Of a stretch of 64,000 nt of DNA, positions 36,294-48,206 are shown one piece after another. Made by a program: the position numbers and the translations under genes. This DNA comes from Octopus bimaculoides (lineage: Eukaryota): contig NC_068982.1 in the NCBI RefSeq assembly GCF_001194135.2, forward strand, positions 5,592,585 through 5,656,584, written 5' to 3'. The notes beneath the pieces were generated by a model. The model had not been told where the DNA came from, ran no database searches, and worked only from the letters and a program-made list of their open reading frames with translations. Numbering within the stretch: the first letter of the stretch is position 1; the number at the start of each line of letters is the position of its first letter.

Positions 36294-38651
36294 AGAGAAG
36301 GAAAAAAAAAAACCTTGGACTCATCAAATTAATATAGAAATCTTATTGTTGTTGTTACTGTTGTATATAGACCAGGTCGAAGCAGACATCACATGGTTCT
36401 AGACTGGAATATTTTTGACTATCTTTTACGATCTGAGTTCAAATTTCGCTGAGCTCAGCATTGCTTTCCATCCTTCTAGGTCCAATAAAATAAAGTACCA
36501 GTCAAGTATTGGGGTCCATATATTCGACCGACCCAACTCCTCTAAAAGTTACTGGCCTCGTGCCAAAATTTGAAGCTGTTATTACTACTATTGTTTGTTA
36601 AGCGACATAAATTATAATTACCCAATTTTGTTTTAAGACCCTATACTATGGTTTGAAGGACATGTGGCTATTATTTCTAGCAGTTTGGAGACAACGTAGA
36701 AGGCTCCTCGTTGGCTTGCTCATAGTGATTTCATAATCACATGAGTATACATTTTTTTTTCTTCCGAGCACACGTTTTGTGTATGTATGTGCGTGTATAT
36801 ATGTGTGTATACGTGTGTGTGATGATGATGCTAAAGATTCAAAGAATGGTAAACAAGAGAAAAAGATGAGGTTGTGTTTTTTTTTTATCAGGAGGAGGAG
36901 GAGGAGGATGGAAAACGTTTTCACAAACGGTGCTTAAATGAGCAATTACACACACACACACACACACACACANNNNNNNNNNNNNNNNNNNNNNNNNNNN
37001 NNNNNNNNNNNNNNNNNNNNNNNNNNNNNNNNNNNNNNNNNNNNNNNNNNNNNNNNNNNNNNNNNNNNNNNNNNNNNNNNNNNNNNNNNNNNNNNNNNNN
37101 NNNNNNNNNNNNNNNNNNNNNNNNNNNNNNNNNNNNNNNNNNNNNNNNNNNNNNNNNNNNNNNNNNNNNNNNNNNNNNNNNNNNNNNNNNNNNNNNNNNN
37201 NNNNNNNNNNNNNNNNNNNNNNNNNNNNNNNNNNNNNNNNNNNNNNNNNNNNNNNNNNNNNNNNNNNNNNNNNNNNNNNNNNNNNNNNNNNNNNNNNNNN
37301 NNNNNNNNNNNNNNNNNNNNNNNNNNNNNNNNNNNNNNNNNNNNNNNNNNNNNNNNNNNNNNNNNNNNNNNNNNNNNNNNNNNNNNNNNNNNNNNNNNNN
37401 NNNNNNNNNNNNNNNNNNNNNNNNNNNNNNNNNNNNNNNNNNNNNNNNNNNNNNNNNNNNNNNNNNNNNNNNNNNNNNNNNNNNNNNNNNNNNNNNNNNN
37501 NNNNNNNNNNNNNNNNNNNNNNNNNNNNNNNNNNNNNNNNNNNNNNNNNNNNNNNNNNNNNNNNNNNNNNNNNNNNNNNNNNNNNNNNNNNNNNNNNNNN
37601 NNNNNNNNNNNNNNNNNNNNNNNNNNNNNNNNNNNNNNNNNNNNNNNNNNNNNNNNNNNNNNNNNNNNNNNNNNNNNNNNNNNNNNNNNNNNNNNNNNNN
37701 NNNNNNNNNNNNNNNNTATATATATATATACACACACATACATATACATTTATATAAATGTATATATGTATACATATAACTGTGTGTGTACATATATACA
37801 TACATACGTACACACATACATACATACATACATACATACATACATACATACATACATACATACACGCGTTTACATTGAATTATGGCATTAAGTATGTATG
37901 AGCAGAACTGAATAGCTGAGCACTGAGGATATAACAACAGGGTGTATATATATTACATGCATGCGTTATTGTGTAAAATATATGAATACATACCACATAA
38001 AACATGCAAATAAGTGAGTCTGTTGATACATATAAACCTGTATTTTATTTTATAATATTTATAAATATTGATATTTTTTTCATGCAATCCATATACACAC
38101 TAAATCAAACGCATATAGTATCTATAAAACAATCCAAAATCTTATATACACAAACAAGCACACATGTGTATGTGTGCATGTACAAGGTGCGTGTTTCTGT
38201 TTCTCTATGTGTTATATACTTATGACATACAGATACACGTAATATTCACAAAACATTGTAAAAAAATGCAAAACAAAAAAATGAAATGAAAATGAAAAAC
38301 TATGTGAAAATATTTTTGTTTGTAGGATTATTACAATGCGTTGTCTTCTAATTAGAGATAATTTACTTATTTTTCTGTAAACTATGTATATATTGATGTA
38401 TATCTCATGTATATTTGTAAAAAATATATGAAACAAAAACAAAATGAAAAAAAAATCTTGTCGTTTGTCTTCTTTTTGAAATCATAACCTGTTTTGCTTT
38501 TTCTCTTTATTAGATTCAGATCGAAATTGATTTCAACAACTCAGGGGTTGGCGATCACCTAAATACTTTCGGTTCCTGAACCTATATGGTAAAGCTCCTG
38601 TTTGATAGAATGCATGCTCGTTTCTTGCAGGTAACTTTCCAAACAGTGAAG

Positions 38652-38974
38652 AGCGCTTGGCTTAGTAGTTAGGGCTTTCGGCTCACGATCGTTAGGTTGT
38701 GAGTGCAATTCCCGTCGAAGCCTTGTGTCCTTCAGTAAGTCACTTTATTTCACATTGCTCCAGTCCACTCAGCTGGCAAAAATGAGTAGAACCTGTATTT
38801 AAAAAAAGATCCACTTTTGTCACATTCTGTGTCACGCTAAATGTCCCTGAGAACTACACTACAAGGACGCGTGTCCGTGGTGTGCAAAGTCACTTGCACT
38901 TTAATTTCAGAAACAGGCTGTTCCGTTGATCGGACCAACTGGAACCCTCGTCGTCATAACCGACGTAATGCCAG
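38652..38974 (+). mobile_element. SINE family C, near full length
   Basis: ggcttagtagttagggctttcggctcacgatcg...actggaaccctcgtcgtcataaccgacg. Confidence 0.88.
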
Positions 38975-39497
38975 TTGACTTTCCAAACAAAACAACGTAT
39001 CTAGTAGCTAACTGACGAAGTTGGTGNNNNNNNNNNNNNNNNNNNAATAAAGACGTAATTAAGTGCACAGCTTGATCAAGAACACAAACATGTAGTTTGA
39101 ATATGTGATAACTGAGCCTGTTGTACAATTACCTTTGGCACCGTTTTACTATAATGTTTATATCCGGATCTATTCCATCTCAATCACAGATTGTTTAACT
39201 AATTGTTTTTTAACTAAACAGTTTGAAACATTGAATACTTGTAGAATTTTTCACGTAGAACACGGTTTACGATTAACATTTTTGACAAAATTTCCTATTT
39301 TAGAAGTTATTTCGTGTTAAAGTTGTCGTATTTAGTCAATTTCAACCAATCAACGACGTGTATTCGGTTGCAGAAAGACACTTCAGAAGAGTTTGACAGA
39401 TTTTTTTCTCTCCAGTTTGCCAATATTTTCAATAAGTTAATTGGCTCATGGAGTTGTACCATACAGAATTTACTAGAGTTTCAGTTGGAATTCAAGA

Positions 39498-39860
39498 GGC
39501 GCAGGTGTGTCGCTGAGTGATTTAGGAACTTGCTTCCCAACCACTGCGCGACTTCCTGGGCAAGTGTTTTCTACTATAACCCTGGGAAAACCAAACACAC
39601 ACACGCACACACATGTATATATACATATATGTATGTATGTGTACGTATTTGTGTCTCTATGCATGTGTTTGTTCCTTACCCAGCTTAACAATCGGTGTTC
39701 GTTTGTTTGCGTCAAGTAACTTAGTGTTCAGCGAAAGATTCCGATAGAGTAAGTACCAAACTTTAAAAATAAGAACAGTGGTCGATTCGTTCGGTTGAGC
39801 CTTTCAAGGCGGTGCTCTAGCATGGCCGCAACCCAAAGACTGAAGCAAATAAAAGATAGA
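39498..39860 (+). mobile_element. SINE family A, diverged
   Basis: cttgcttcccaacc...gggcaagtgttttctactataacc...catggccgcaacccaaagactgaagc. Confidence 0.8.
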
Positions 39861-39884
39861 TGGCAAATAAATATTAAATTTGGC

Positions 39885-40224
39885 GCTTTTGACCGCAGCC
39901 ATACCGAGGTGTGGCCATGAAGGGTGTTAGTCGAACAAATCGACCCCAGGACATTTTTTAAAGCTTAGTACATATTCTATCGGTTTCTTTTGCCGAATTG
40001 CTGTGTTACAGGGACATAAACACTCCAACACCGGTTGTCGAAAGGTGGGTGGGGACAAACACAGACACAAACACGCAGAATACGATGGGCTTCTTTCAGT
40101 TTCCGTCTACCAAATCCACTCACAAAGCTTTGGTCGGTCCCTGCCCAAGGTTCCACGCAGTGGAACTGAACCCGGAACCATGTGGTTGGGAAGCAAGCTT
40201 CTTACCACACAGCCATGCCTGCCA
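39885..40224 (-). mobile_element. SINE family A
   Basis: Tail-to-tail with the previous copy. Head ends cacacagccatgcctgcc next to a gap. Confidence 0.85.
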
Positions 40225-40765
40225 CATNNNNNNNNNNNNNNNNNNNNNNNNNNNNNNNNNNNNNNNNNNNNNNNNNNNNNNNNNNNNNNNNNNNNNNNNN
40301 NNNNNNNNNNNNNNNNNNNNNNNNNNNNNNNNNNNNNNNNNNNNNNNNNNNNNNNNNNNNNNNNNNNNNNNNNNNNNNNNNNNNNNNNNNNNNNNNNNNN
40401 NNNNNNNNNNNNNNNNNNNNNNNNNNNNNNNNNNNNNNNNNNNNNNNNNNNNNNNNNNNNNNNNNNNNNNNNNNNNNNNNNNNNNNNNNNNNNNNNNNNN
40501 NNNNNNNNNNNNNNNNNNNNNNNNNNNNNNNNNNNNNNNNNNNNNNNNNNNNNNNNNNNNNNNNNNNNNNNNNNNNNNNNNNNNNNNNNNNNNNNNNNNN
40601 NNNNNNNNNNNNNNNNNNNNNNNNNNNNNNNNNNNNNNNNNNNNNNNNNNNNNNNNNNNNNNNNNNNNNNNNNNNNNNNNNNNNNNNNNNNNNNNNNNNN
40701 NNNNNNNNNNNNNNNNNNNNNNNNNNNNNNNNNNNNNNNNNNNNNNNNNNNNNNNNNNNNNNNNN

Positions 40766-40801
<36 letters not shown>

Positions 40802-40814
40802 TAATAATAATAAT

Positions 40815-41005
40815 AATAATAACGACAACATTGAAAAATACTTTAGGAATGAGAACCCAGGTTCGAAATTTCCCCCAAGATACCTGATGAAGGCTGGAGG
40901 GTATATCAACCGAAACGTTGTGTTAACAACAAAGAAGATGAGGACAAATATCCATCAAATGTAAATAATGTAAATAATTCCTCATCTCTTAAATATAGAA
41001 CTGCA
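40815..41005 (+). mobile_element. Penelope-like element terminal fragment beside a (TAA)n tract
   Basis: Contains atac-CTGATGA-a-GGCTG-gagggtatat-CAACC-GAAAC-GTT-gtgt. Confidence 0.65.
40880..40923 (+). ncRNA. Minimal type I hammerhead ribozyme motif
   Basis: Canonical CUGAUGA and GAAA cores. Stem II has 4 of 5 pairs, stem I is AUAC/GUGU with one G-U pair, stem III is palindromic ACGU, and the triplet is GUU. Confidence 0.6.
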
Positions 41006-41177
41006 GCTTCTTTATATTCTTTGATTTCATTGGGACTTATTTTTCTTTCGTTCCCTTCTTCATAAGTAAAGGAACTGCTTGAATCAACAAATACCAGTGT
41101 TTCACACGCACACAGCATACAAACACAGACTCTCTCGCTATGTCTCACTCCCTTTCTCTGCCTCTCTGCCTCTCCCC

Positions 41178-41210
<33 letters not shown>

Positions 41211-41275
41211 GCACACACACATATACACTCCCGGATGTGACATGTTGGATTTATTGGTAAGTAGGAGTTGTTTTT

Positions 41276-41484
41276 CCTCTTTTGCTTGTTCCAGTCATTA
41301 GACTACGGCCATGCTGGGGCACCACCTTTGGTCGAGCAAATCTACCCCAGAACTTATTCTTTGTAAGCCTATTACTTATTCTATTGGCCTATTTTACCGA
41401 ACCGCTAAGTTATGAGGACGTAAACACACCAGCATCGGTTGTCAAGCGATGTTGGGGGGACAAACAAAGACACACAAAGACACA

Positions 41485-41528
<44 letters not shown>

Positions 41529-41800
41529 CGACGGGCTTCTTTCAGTTTCCGTTTACCAAATCCATTCACAAGGCTTTGGTCGGCCCGAGGTTGGTAAGCA
41601 AGCTACTTATCATATAGCCACTCCTGCACCTATACGTACATACATATATACATATATACTTATATATATATATATATATATATAATGGGCTTCTTTCAGT
41701 TTCCGTCTACCAAATGCACCCACAAGGCTTTGGTAGAAGACACTTGCCCAAGGTGCCACACAGTGAGATTGAACTTTTTACCATACAACTCCTGCGCCTA
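41276..41800 (-). mobile_element. SINE family A (41276-41630, internally deleted) plus a second head fragment (41685-41800)
   Basis: Family motifs in reverse orientation. Confidence 0.8.
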
Positions 41801-41814
41801 AAAAGAAAGATGCG

Positions 41815-41858
41815 CTCCTATACCGGTAATCGAACCCAGGCCGCCTGAGTGAAAGCCA
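41815..41858 (-). pseudogene. 3' half of a tRNA-Glu(TTC)-like sequence
   Basis: The reverse complement tggctttcactcaggcggcctgggttcgattaccggtataggag aligns to the 3' half of tRNA-Glu(TTC) as recalled. Confidence 0.65.
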
Positions 41859-42194
41859 TATGATCAAACATTCCAGCCGTAACCATCTCGACTTATTTTC
41901 ATAAGACGTTTCCAGGACAACATTATCTAACTTGACCTTCCATTTATAAGAAGGCAATGATTTGAGGCAAATTTAGCTGCTATTTTTAGCATGTTGAGCC
42001 AGAACATAGAAGGTGTCTCGCCGGTTCGTTTACTGTTAAATGTGTATGAATGGGTCAGCAATTTCTCCAATATGCCTCAACTCTCAATACTCAATGACAT
42101 AACAATAGTGAGATCTTAAAAATGTCATAACCCAACCCCAGGTATGTGCGCGTGCGCGTGTATACACACACACACACACATACATGTGTATATA

Positions 42195-42235
<41 letters not shown>

Positions 42236-42734
42236 NNNNNNNNNNNNNNNNNNNNNNNNNNNNNNNNNNNNNNNNNNNNNNNNNNNNNNNNNNNNNNNNN
42301 NNNNNNNNNNNNNNNNNNNNNNNNNNNNNNNNNNNNNNNTAACTTGCTTACCACATAAGTACGGTGGTGAATTCCTTCCCCCTCGACGAATTCAGTATTG
42401 CAAAGTGGCCCGACCCAGACCCATCGTGTTGCTTGAGAGAAGCGAAGGCTATATCGGGTGGAAAAACCTAAGAGGACGAGTGCCTCATATTGTGTAATGA
42501 AAAATCGTAAGAGGCAAATGTCTTAAATTATGACTTTTTATGTACGAGGTTCATAGCCTCAATGTGAAAATTTAATTTTATAAAGAACAGTGTTATAGAG
42601 AAGCAAAGTTCGGCGGGCGGCTTTTGCCTTCTCTCATTATACCATCATATTTATCATCCATTTCATCTCATTAATGTGTTCGTCTAGCCCGCAGCTACTC
42701 TGTATACTGCCTTTATGGCAAATCAAATGAAATA

Positions 42735-43110
42735 AAGTAGCTTGCTTACCAACCATATGATTCCGGGTTCAGTTCCGCTACGTTGCAACTTGGGCAAGTG
42801 TCTTCTGCTATAGCCTCGGGCCGACCAAAGCCTTGTGAGTGGATTTGGTAGACGGAAACTGAAAGAAGCCCGTCGTATATATATATACATATATATATAT
42901 ATGTGTGTTTGTGTGTTTGTCCTCCCAACATCGCTTGACAACCAGTGCTGGTGTGTTTACGTCCCCTTAATGTAGCCGTTCGGCAAAATAGACCGATATA
43001 ATATGTACTAGGCTTACAAAGTCATGGGGTCGATTTGCTCGACTAAAGTCGGTGCTCCAGTTTGGCCGCAGTCATATGACTGAAACAAGTAAAAGAATGA
43101 AAGAATAAAA
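42735..43110 (+). mobile_element. SINE family A, 5' truncated
   Basis: agcttgcttaccaaccatatg...gactgaaacaagtaaaagaatgaaagaataaaaga. Confidence 0.88.
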
Positions 43111-43467
43111 GAAGAACCATCTGATGTTTTCAAAAAATCTACTTCCCATGTAGTTTCCCATGTACTTCCCATGTAGCATGTTAACGAAAATCGCAACCAT
43201 ATTTTTTTGTTTTTTTTTTAGCTATTAGTTTCAAGCATTTAAAGTTATACAATTTTATCCAATCGAAGGCGTCCATTGCCAACATATCGAAAGTCAGACA
43301 ACGAAGACAGCATTTATAGGGTCTCTTGATGTCATAGAAACAGCTGCGAAAACTTCCTAAAACTAAGCCATTTCGTCTAAAAAGCAACAAAGATGACACA
43401 TTACAAAGCATAGTTGTAGGTGTCATTTTGTTTTTTTCTTCATTCCGAATTAGTGCAGCGATGCTCC

Positions 43468-43540
43468 GTTAATTTCATGAGCAGGCTCTTCTGTTGCTCG
43501 GATCAACTAGAACCCTCGTCGTGGTAACCGATGGAGTGCC
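43468..43540 (+). mobile_element. SINE family C, tail fragment
   Basis: gttaatttcatgagcaggct...aaccctcgtcgtggtaaccgatggagtgcc. Confidence 0.75.
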
Positions 43541-43839
43541 GCGAGTACTCAAACTATTCTGACAGATCACCCTCGAATCGTTTCAGATGAGAAAAATTGG
43601 AGGAAATGGCGCATAAAAGACTGCAATAGATTGTAAAGAAGGAGGATGAAAAGCAAAAAGCGGATAATGACCTGGAATTAATCGCTGAATACAAGATTCG
43701 TAAAAGATTGTTCAGTTCCTTTAAATCTGTCGTAGGTTAGTTCGTTTACTCATTCTCTTTTAGATATTTCGTGACCAGCGCGCTACCAAAACCTCTCAGC
43801 ATGTCTGAAATGAGGTGCATTGATGTTTATTTGGTTCAA

Positions 43840-44248
43840 CCCAGCAATTTTGGGGGAGGGAGTAAGTGGATTACATTGACCCCAGTGATCAACTGGTACT
43901 TATTTTATCGATCCCTGAAGGAATGAAAGGCACAGTTGACCTCGGTGGAATTCGAACTCAAGACCTAAAGACAAATGAAATGTCACTAAGCATTTTGCCC
44001 GGCGTGCTGACGACTTTGCCAGCTCGCCGCTTCAACTGAACCAATTATTATTTTCTACTCTAGGCACAAGGCCCGAAATTTTTGGGGAGGTGGCCTCTGT
44101 ATGCAACTGGTACTTAATTCATCGACCCCGAAAGGATGAAAGGCAAAGTCGACCTCAGCGGAATTTGAACTCAGAACGTAAAGACAGACGAAATACCACT
44201 CAACATTTCGCCCGGCGTGCTAACGTTTCTGCCAGCTCGCTGCCTTAC
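43840..44248 (-). mobile_element. Two tandem SINE-B copies
   Basis: Copies at about 43840-44035 and 44050-44248. Confidence 0.88.
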
Positions 44249-44675
44249 AACTAAAAAAAAATATAAATTAATCCCTGTCGTATTAAATATATTAATCTAA
44301 ATATATTTTCTATTTAATTTAGCTTGTTTTACTAAAGCTATATTAATAAACATATTTCCAAGTATAATTTGTTTACACTGGTTAAATTAAAACGAAATAA
44401 AAACAAAAAACAACGAAGGCAATTTGCTAATGCATTTCGTAAAACATTCAAATGAGCTGTTTAATAGCTGCATCACAGTTACATAACATTTAAGTCTTAA
44501 TTAATTATACATAATTTTTGTTGTTGACAAATCACCGTAAACTTATAATACCAAACTAATCTCAACAAACAAACACTAACGTATAAACCGTAAGACTACT
44601 ACTACTACTACTTATAATAGTACTACATTATTATTATTGTTGTTGTTGTTGTTGTTGTTATTATTATTATTATTA

Positions 44676-45030
44676 GGCAAAGGAGTGGCTGTGTGGTAAG
44701 TAGCATGCTTACGAACCCCATGGTTCCAGGCACTTTGGGCAATTGTCTTCTGCTATAGCCCCAGGTCGACCAAAGCCTTGTAAGTTGATGTGGTAGACGG
44801 AAACTGAAAGAAGCCCGACGTATACATATATATGTATGTATGTGTGTGTTCGTCTCACCAACGTCGCTTGACAACCGATGGTGGTGTGTTTACGTCCCCG
44901 TAACTTAGCAGTTCGGCAAAATAGGCCAAGAATAAGTATTAGGCTTACAAGGAATAAGTCCTGGAGTCGATTTGCTCGACTAAAGACGGTGCTCCAGCAT
45001 GGCCGCAGTCAAATGACTGAAAAAAATAAA
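44676..45030 (+). mobile_element. SINE family A
   Basis: Head-to-tail match. Confidence 0.88.
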
Positions 45031-45199
45031 ATAATAATTATTATTATTTTTACAATGGTACACGATTACATATTTGTTGAAGAAGACAACAGTAGATGGA
45101 ATCTACCCTCGTAAATTATGCCATTTATTTGATACATGTAAGAGAGGTGAAGAACAAAAGCAAGCACACCTGCAATGGGGACCCTCTCACAGCCTAGAA

Positions 45200-45650
45200 G
45201 AAGCATAGGCAACCTTTTCCGAGAAGTGGGCCGCATAAAACATAGCCCATCGTTAGGTGGGCCGCATGAGACAGAGCTCATCGTCAGGTGGGCCGCACGA
45301 GACATAGCTCAGCATTGGGTGGGCCGCATGAGACAGAGCTCAGCATTAGGTGGGCCGCATGAGACATAGCTCAGCATTAGGTGGGCCGCATGAGACATAG
45401 CTCAGCATTAGGTGGGCCGCATGAGACATAGATCAGTATTAGGTGGGCCGCATGAGACATAGATCAGTATTAATTGGGCCGCATGAGATATANNNNNNNN
45501 NNNNNNNNNNNNNNNNNNNNNNNNNNNNNNNNNNNNNNNNNNNNNNNNNNNNNNNNNNNNNNNNNNNNNNNNNNNNNNNNNNNNNNNNNNNNNNNGATAC
45601 AAGTCCCGTGGGCTGCACGCGGTCCGTGGTCCGCAGTTTTCCTATAACTG
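45200..45650. mobile_element. hAT MITE with an internal 31-bp minisatellite
   Basis: Ends gaagcataggcaacc and gcagttttcctataactg. Imperfect 8-bp TSD gcctagaa/gtgtagaa. Confidence 0.7.
45226..45492. repeat. 31-bp tandem repeat, at least 9 units, running into a gap
   Basis: Unit gtgggccgcatgagacatagctcagcattag, starting at 45226, 45257, 45288 and every 31 nt thereafter. Confidence 0.92.
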
Positions 45651-45744
45651 GTGTAGAACTAGGAGGCGCAAAAAAGAGTCCCTGAATGCAAGAAGGCGTT
45701 AAGTCCATCACCATTGTCTCTAATATGTCACCGTTCTATTATAG

Positions 45745-46730
45745 GCAGAAGGCTAGCAATTTCGAGGATGGGATTAAGTCGATTACATCGACCCCAGTGC
45801 GTAACTGGTACTTATTTTATCGACTCCAAAAGGATGAATGGCAAAGTTGAACTCGGCTGAATTTGAACTTAGAACGTTAAGGCGGACGAAATGCTGTTAA
45901 GCATTTTGTCCGGTATGCTAACGGTTTTGCCAGCTCACCGACTGTTCCCCTAGTAAACTGGTTTTAAATTTTGGAACAAGGGTAGCAAGGTCGGGGCAGG
46001 GATTTAAGTCGATTACGTCGACCCCAATGCTCTAATGGTACTAATCTCATCGACTCCGAAAGGATGGAAGGTAAAGTCAACCACAGCGGAATTTGAACTT
46101 AGAACAGACGTATTACCGTTAAACATTTTGTCCGGCGTACCTAACGATTCGGCCAGCTCGCCGCCTTTATCCCTAGCAAATAATAATTCTTTCTATTGGA
46201 AGCACAAAGGCCTCAAATTTTGGGGAAGAGATTAAGTCGATTACATCGATCCGAGTGCGTAACTGGTACTTATTTAATCGACCTTCGAAAAGATGAAAGG
46301 CAAAGTCAACCTCGGCGGAATTTGAACTCAGAACGTAAACAGACGAAATGCCGCTAAGTATTTCGCCAGGCGTGCTAACGTTTCTGCCAGCTCGCCACCT
46401 TCTTAAAAATATTATTTTCTACTCTAAGCACAAGGCCCGAAATTTTGAGGGAGGGGCCAGTCGATTAGATTGAGCCCAGTAGGCAACTGGTACTTAATTT
46501 ATTGACCCCGAAAGGATGAAAGGCGGAATCGACCTTGGCAGAATTTGAACTCGTAAAGACAGACGAAATACCGGTAAGCATTTCACCGGCGTGCCAACGT
46601 TTCTACCAGCTCGCCGCCTAGGAGAATCTTTTCTACTCTTGGCACAAGGCCCGAAGTTTTTGTGGGAGGGGCCAGTCGATTAGATCGACCCCAATACACC
46701 CCGGCGTGCTAACGTTTCTGCCAGCTCGCC
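45745..46730 (-). mobile_element. Cluster of about five co-oriented SINE-B copies
   Basis: Copies at about 45745-45940, 45960-46165, 46190-46400, 46415-46620 and 46625-46730 (internally deleted). Confidence 0.88.
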
Positions 46731-46972
46731 TAAGAAGTAAACATTCTGATTTTGTCATTTCGCTACTGGTTGCTGAGTGACACTTTTCTGAAGACCTACA
46801 AAACACTAGAAATTAAGGAAAATATCAAAGTAGTTTTATCAAGTAACTATAAACACACCCTGCGTATGTAAGGAGTAACCTTGTCGCTGCTATCAACATT
46901 TCCCCTGGATGAACCCAATGAGAAGTTCAACAATTATTTCCTTTCATATATGAAACTATTATACATTACGTG

Positions 46973-47178
46973 AAGGCACGTGGCTTAGTGGTTAGCGTAT
47001 TCGGCTCACGCTCGTAAGGTCATGTGTTCAATTCCTGGCGGCGCATTGTGTCCTTGAGCATGCTACTTCATTTTTTTTTTTACGTTGCTCTAGCCCACTC
47101 AGCTGGCAAAAATGAGTTGTGCGTGTAGTTCAAATCCCAGCTTTGTCACACTCTGTGTTGCTCTGAATCTCCATGAGA
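46973..47178 (+). mobile_element. SINE family C, 5' two-thirds
   Basis: ggcacgtggcttagtggttagcgtattcggctcacg...gtgtccttgagc. Confidence 0.85.
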
Positions 47179-47309
47179 TAAGGTCAGCAAATTCGGGGTA
47201 AGGGCTGAGTCGATTTCATCGACTCCATGGCTCAAATGCTACTTATTTTATTGTCCCCGCACAAACGATTCTGGCGCCTTAAACGAAGTTTGTGATATTA
47301 ACTAAATGT

Positions 47310-47480
47310 AAGGCGGCGAGCTGCCAGAATCGTTAACACGCCGGAATCGGTAACGGCATTTGGTCCATCTTCGCGTTCTGAGTTTCAATTCCTCCGTAGT
47401 CGACTTTGCCTTTCATCCCTTTCGGGGTCAATAAAATAAATACCAGTTGAGCTCTGGGGTCGATCTAATCGACTTAGCCA
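47310..47480 (+). mobile_element. SINE family B
   Basis: aaggcggcgagctgccagaatcgttaacacgcc... Confidence 0.8.
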
Positions 47481-47642
47481 AAATTTGGTGTCTTAACGAG
47501 TCTGCCAGTTCGTAGACGAACTGGGCGCAGCTCGTTCGTCTTTACATTCTGATGACTTGTAGGCACGTGGTATTTCGTTAGGCAAACCTTAATATGTATG
47601 TTTAATGTTTTTGTAAGTCAACACCATGTTCTACTGTGTTAG

Positions 47643-48167
47643 CAGTACTTTTTGGTTACCTCATCCCCATTAAAAAATTGCCATTAAAAAAATTGGGTTA
47701 TCTCCCCATTAAAAAGTTGAGTTTGTGTGGCGACAAAAGATTGGATTAAAAGAATTAGATCCTTTTGATTCAATACTTCAGCACATTGTTAACGTTTGGA
47801 CCCCACTCAATAGGAATGGTATGATTTGATATAAAAATGTTATTAGATTCAATAAGATGTTAATTTTTTTTAGTTTTCATGTTCATTAGTTTTTTTTAGT
47901 TTTTATGTTTATTAATTTGTTTAGTTTTCATGTTTATTAATTTTTTTCTGTTTTCTGTGATTTGTTATAAAAATATTATCAGATTCAAAACGATGTTTCG
48001 TCTTTTCACTTTTTATGCTTATTAATTTTTACATTTTTTTTTTGTTTTATTGAGGGTTAAACAACTTTTTTAGTTGAAGGAGATAACCAAAAGTACTGAT
48101 ATTTCTCGTAAAACGGGTGGGAGATAACCCAATTTTTTAATAGGGGTGAGATAACCAAAAAGCACCC
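47643..48167. mobile_element. MITE family E
   Basis: TIR pair cagtactttttggttacctcatccccattaaaaaattg / caattttttaataggggtgagataaccaaaaagcaccc. Confidence 0.85.
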
Positions 48168-48206
48168 TTTTTACATTATTTTGCGAAGGTTCATTCTACA
48201 GATATT

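Noticed and set aside
38514-38630. Plus-strand exon-like segment with good acceptor and donor
   Set aside because: All three frames contain stops. It could be non-coding, but the sequence alone does not support a call.
42848-42876. SINE-A internal hairpin gacgGAAACTGAAAGAagcccgtc resembling hammerhead cores
   Set aside because: There is no room for stems I and III, the core has an extra base, and there is no cleavage triplet.
45226-45492. CRISPR-like regular repeat
   Set aside because: The units are contiguous with no unique spacers, there are no cas genes, and the context is eukaryotic. It is a minisatellite.
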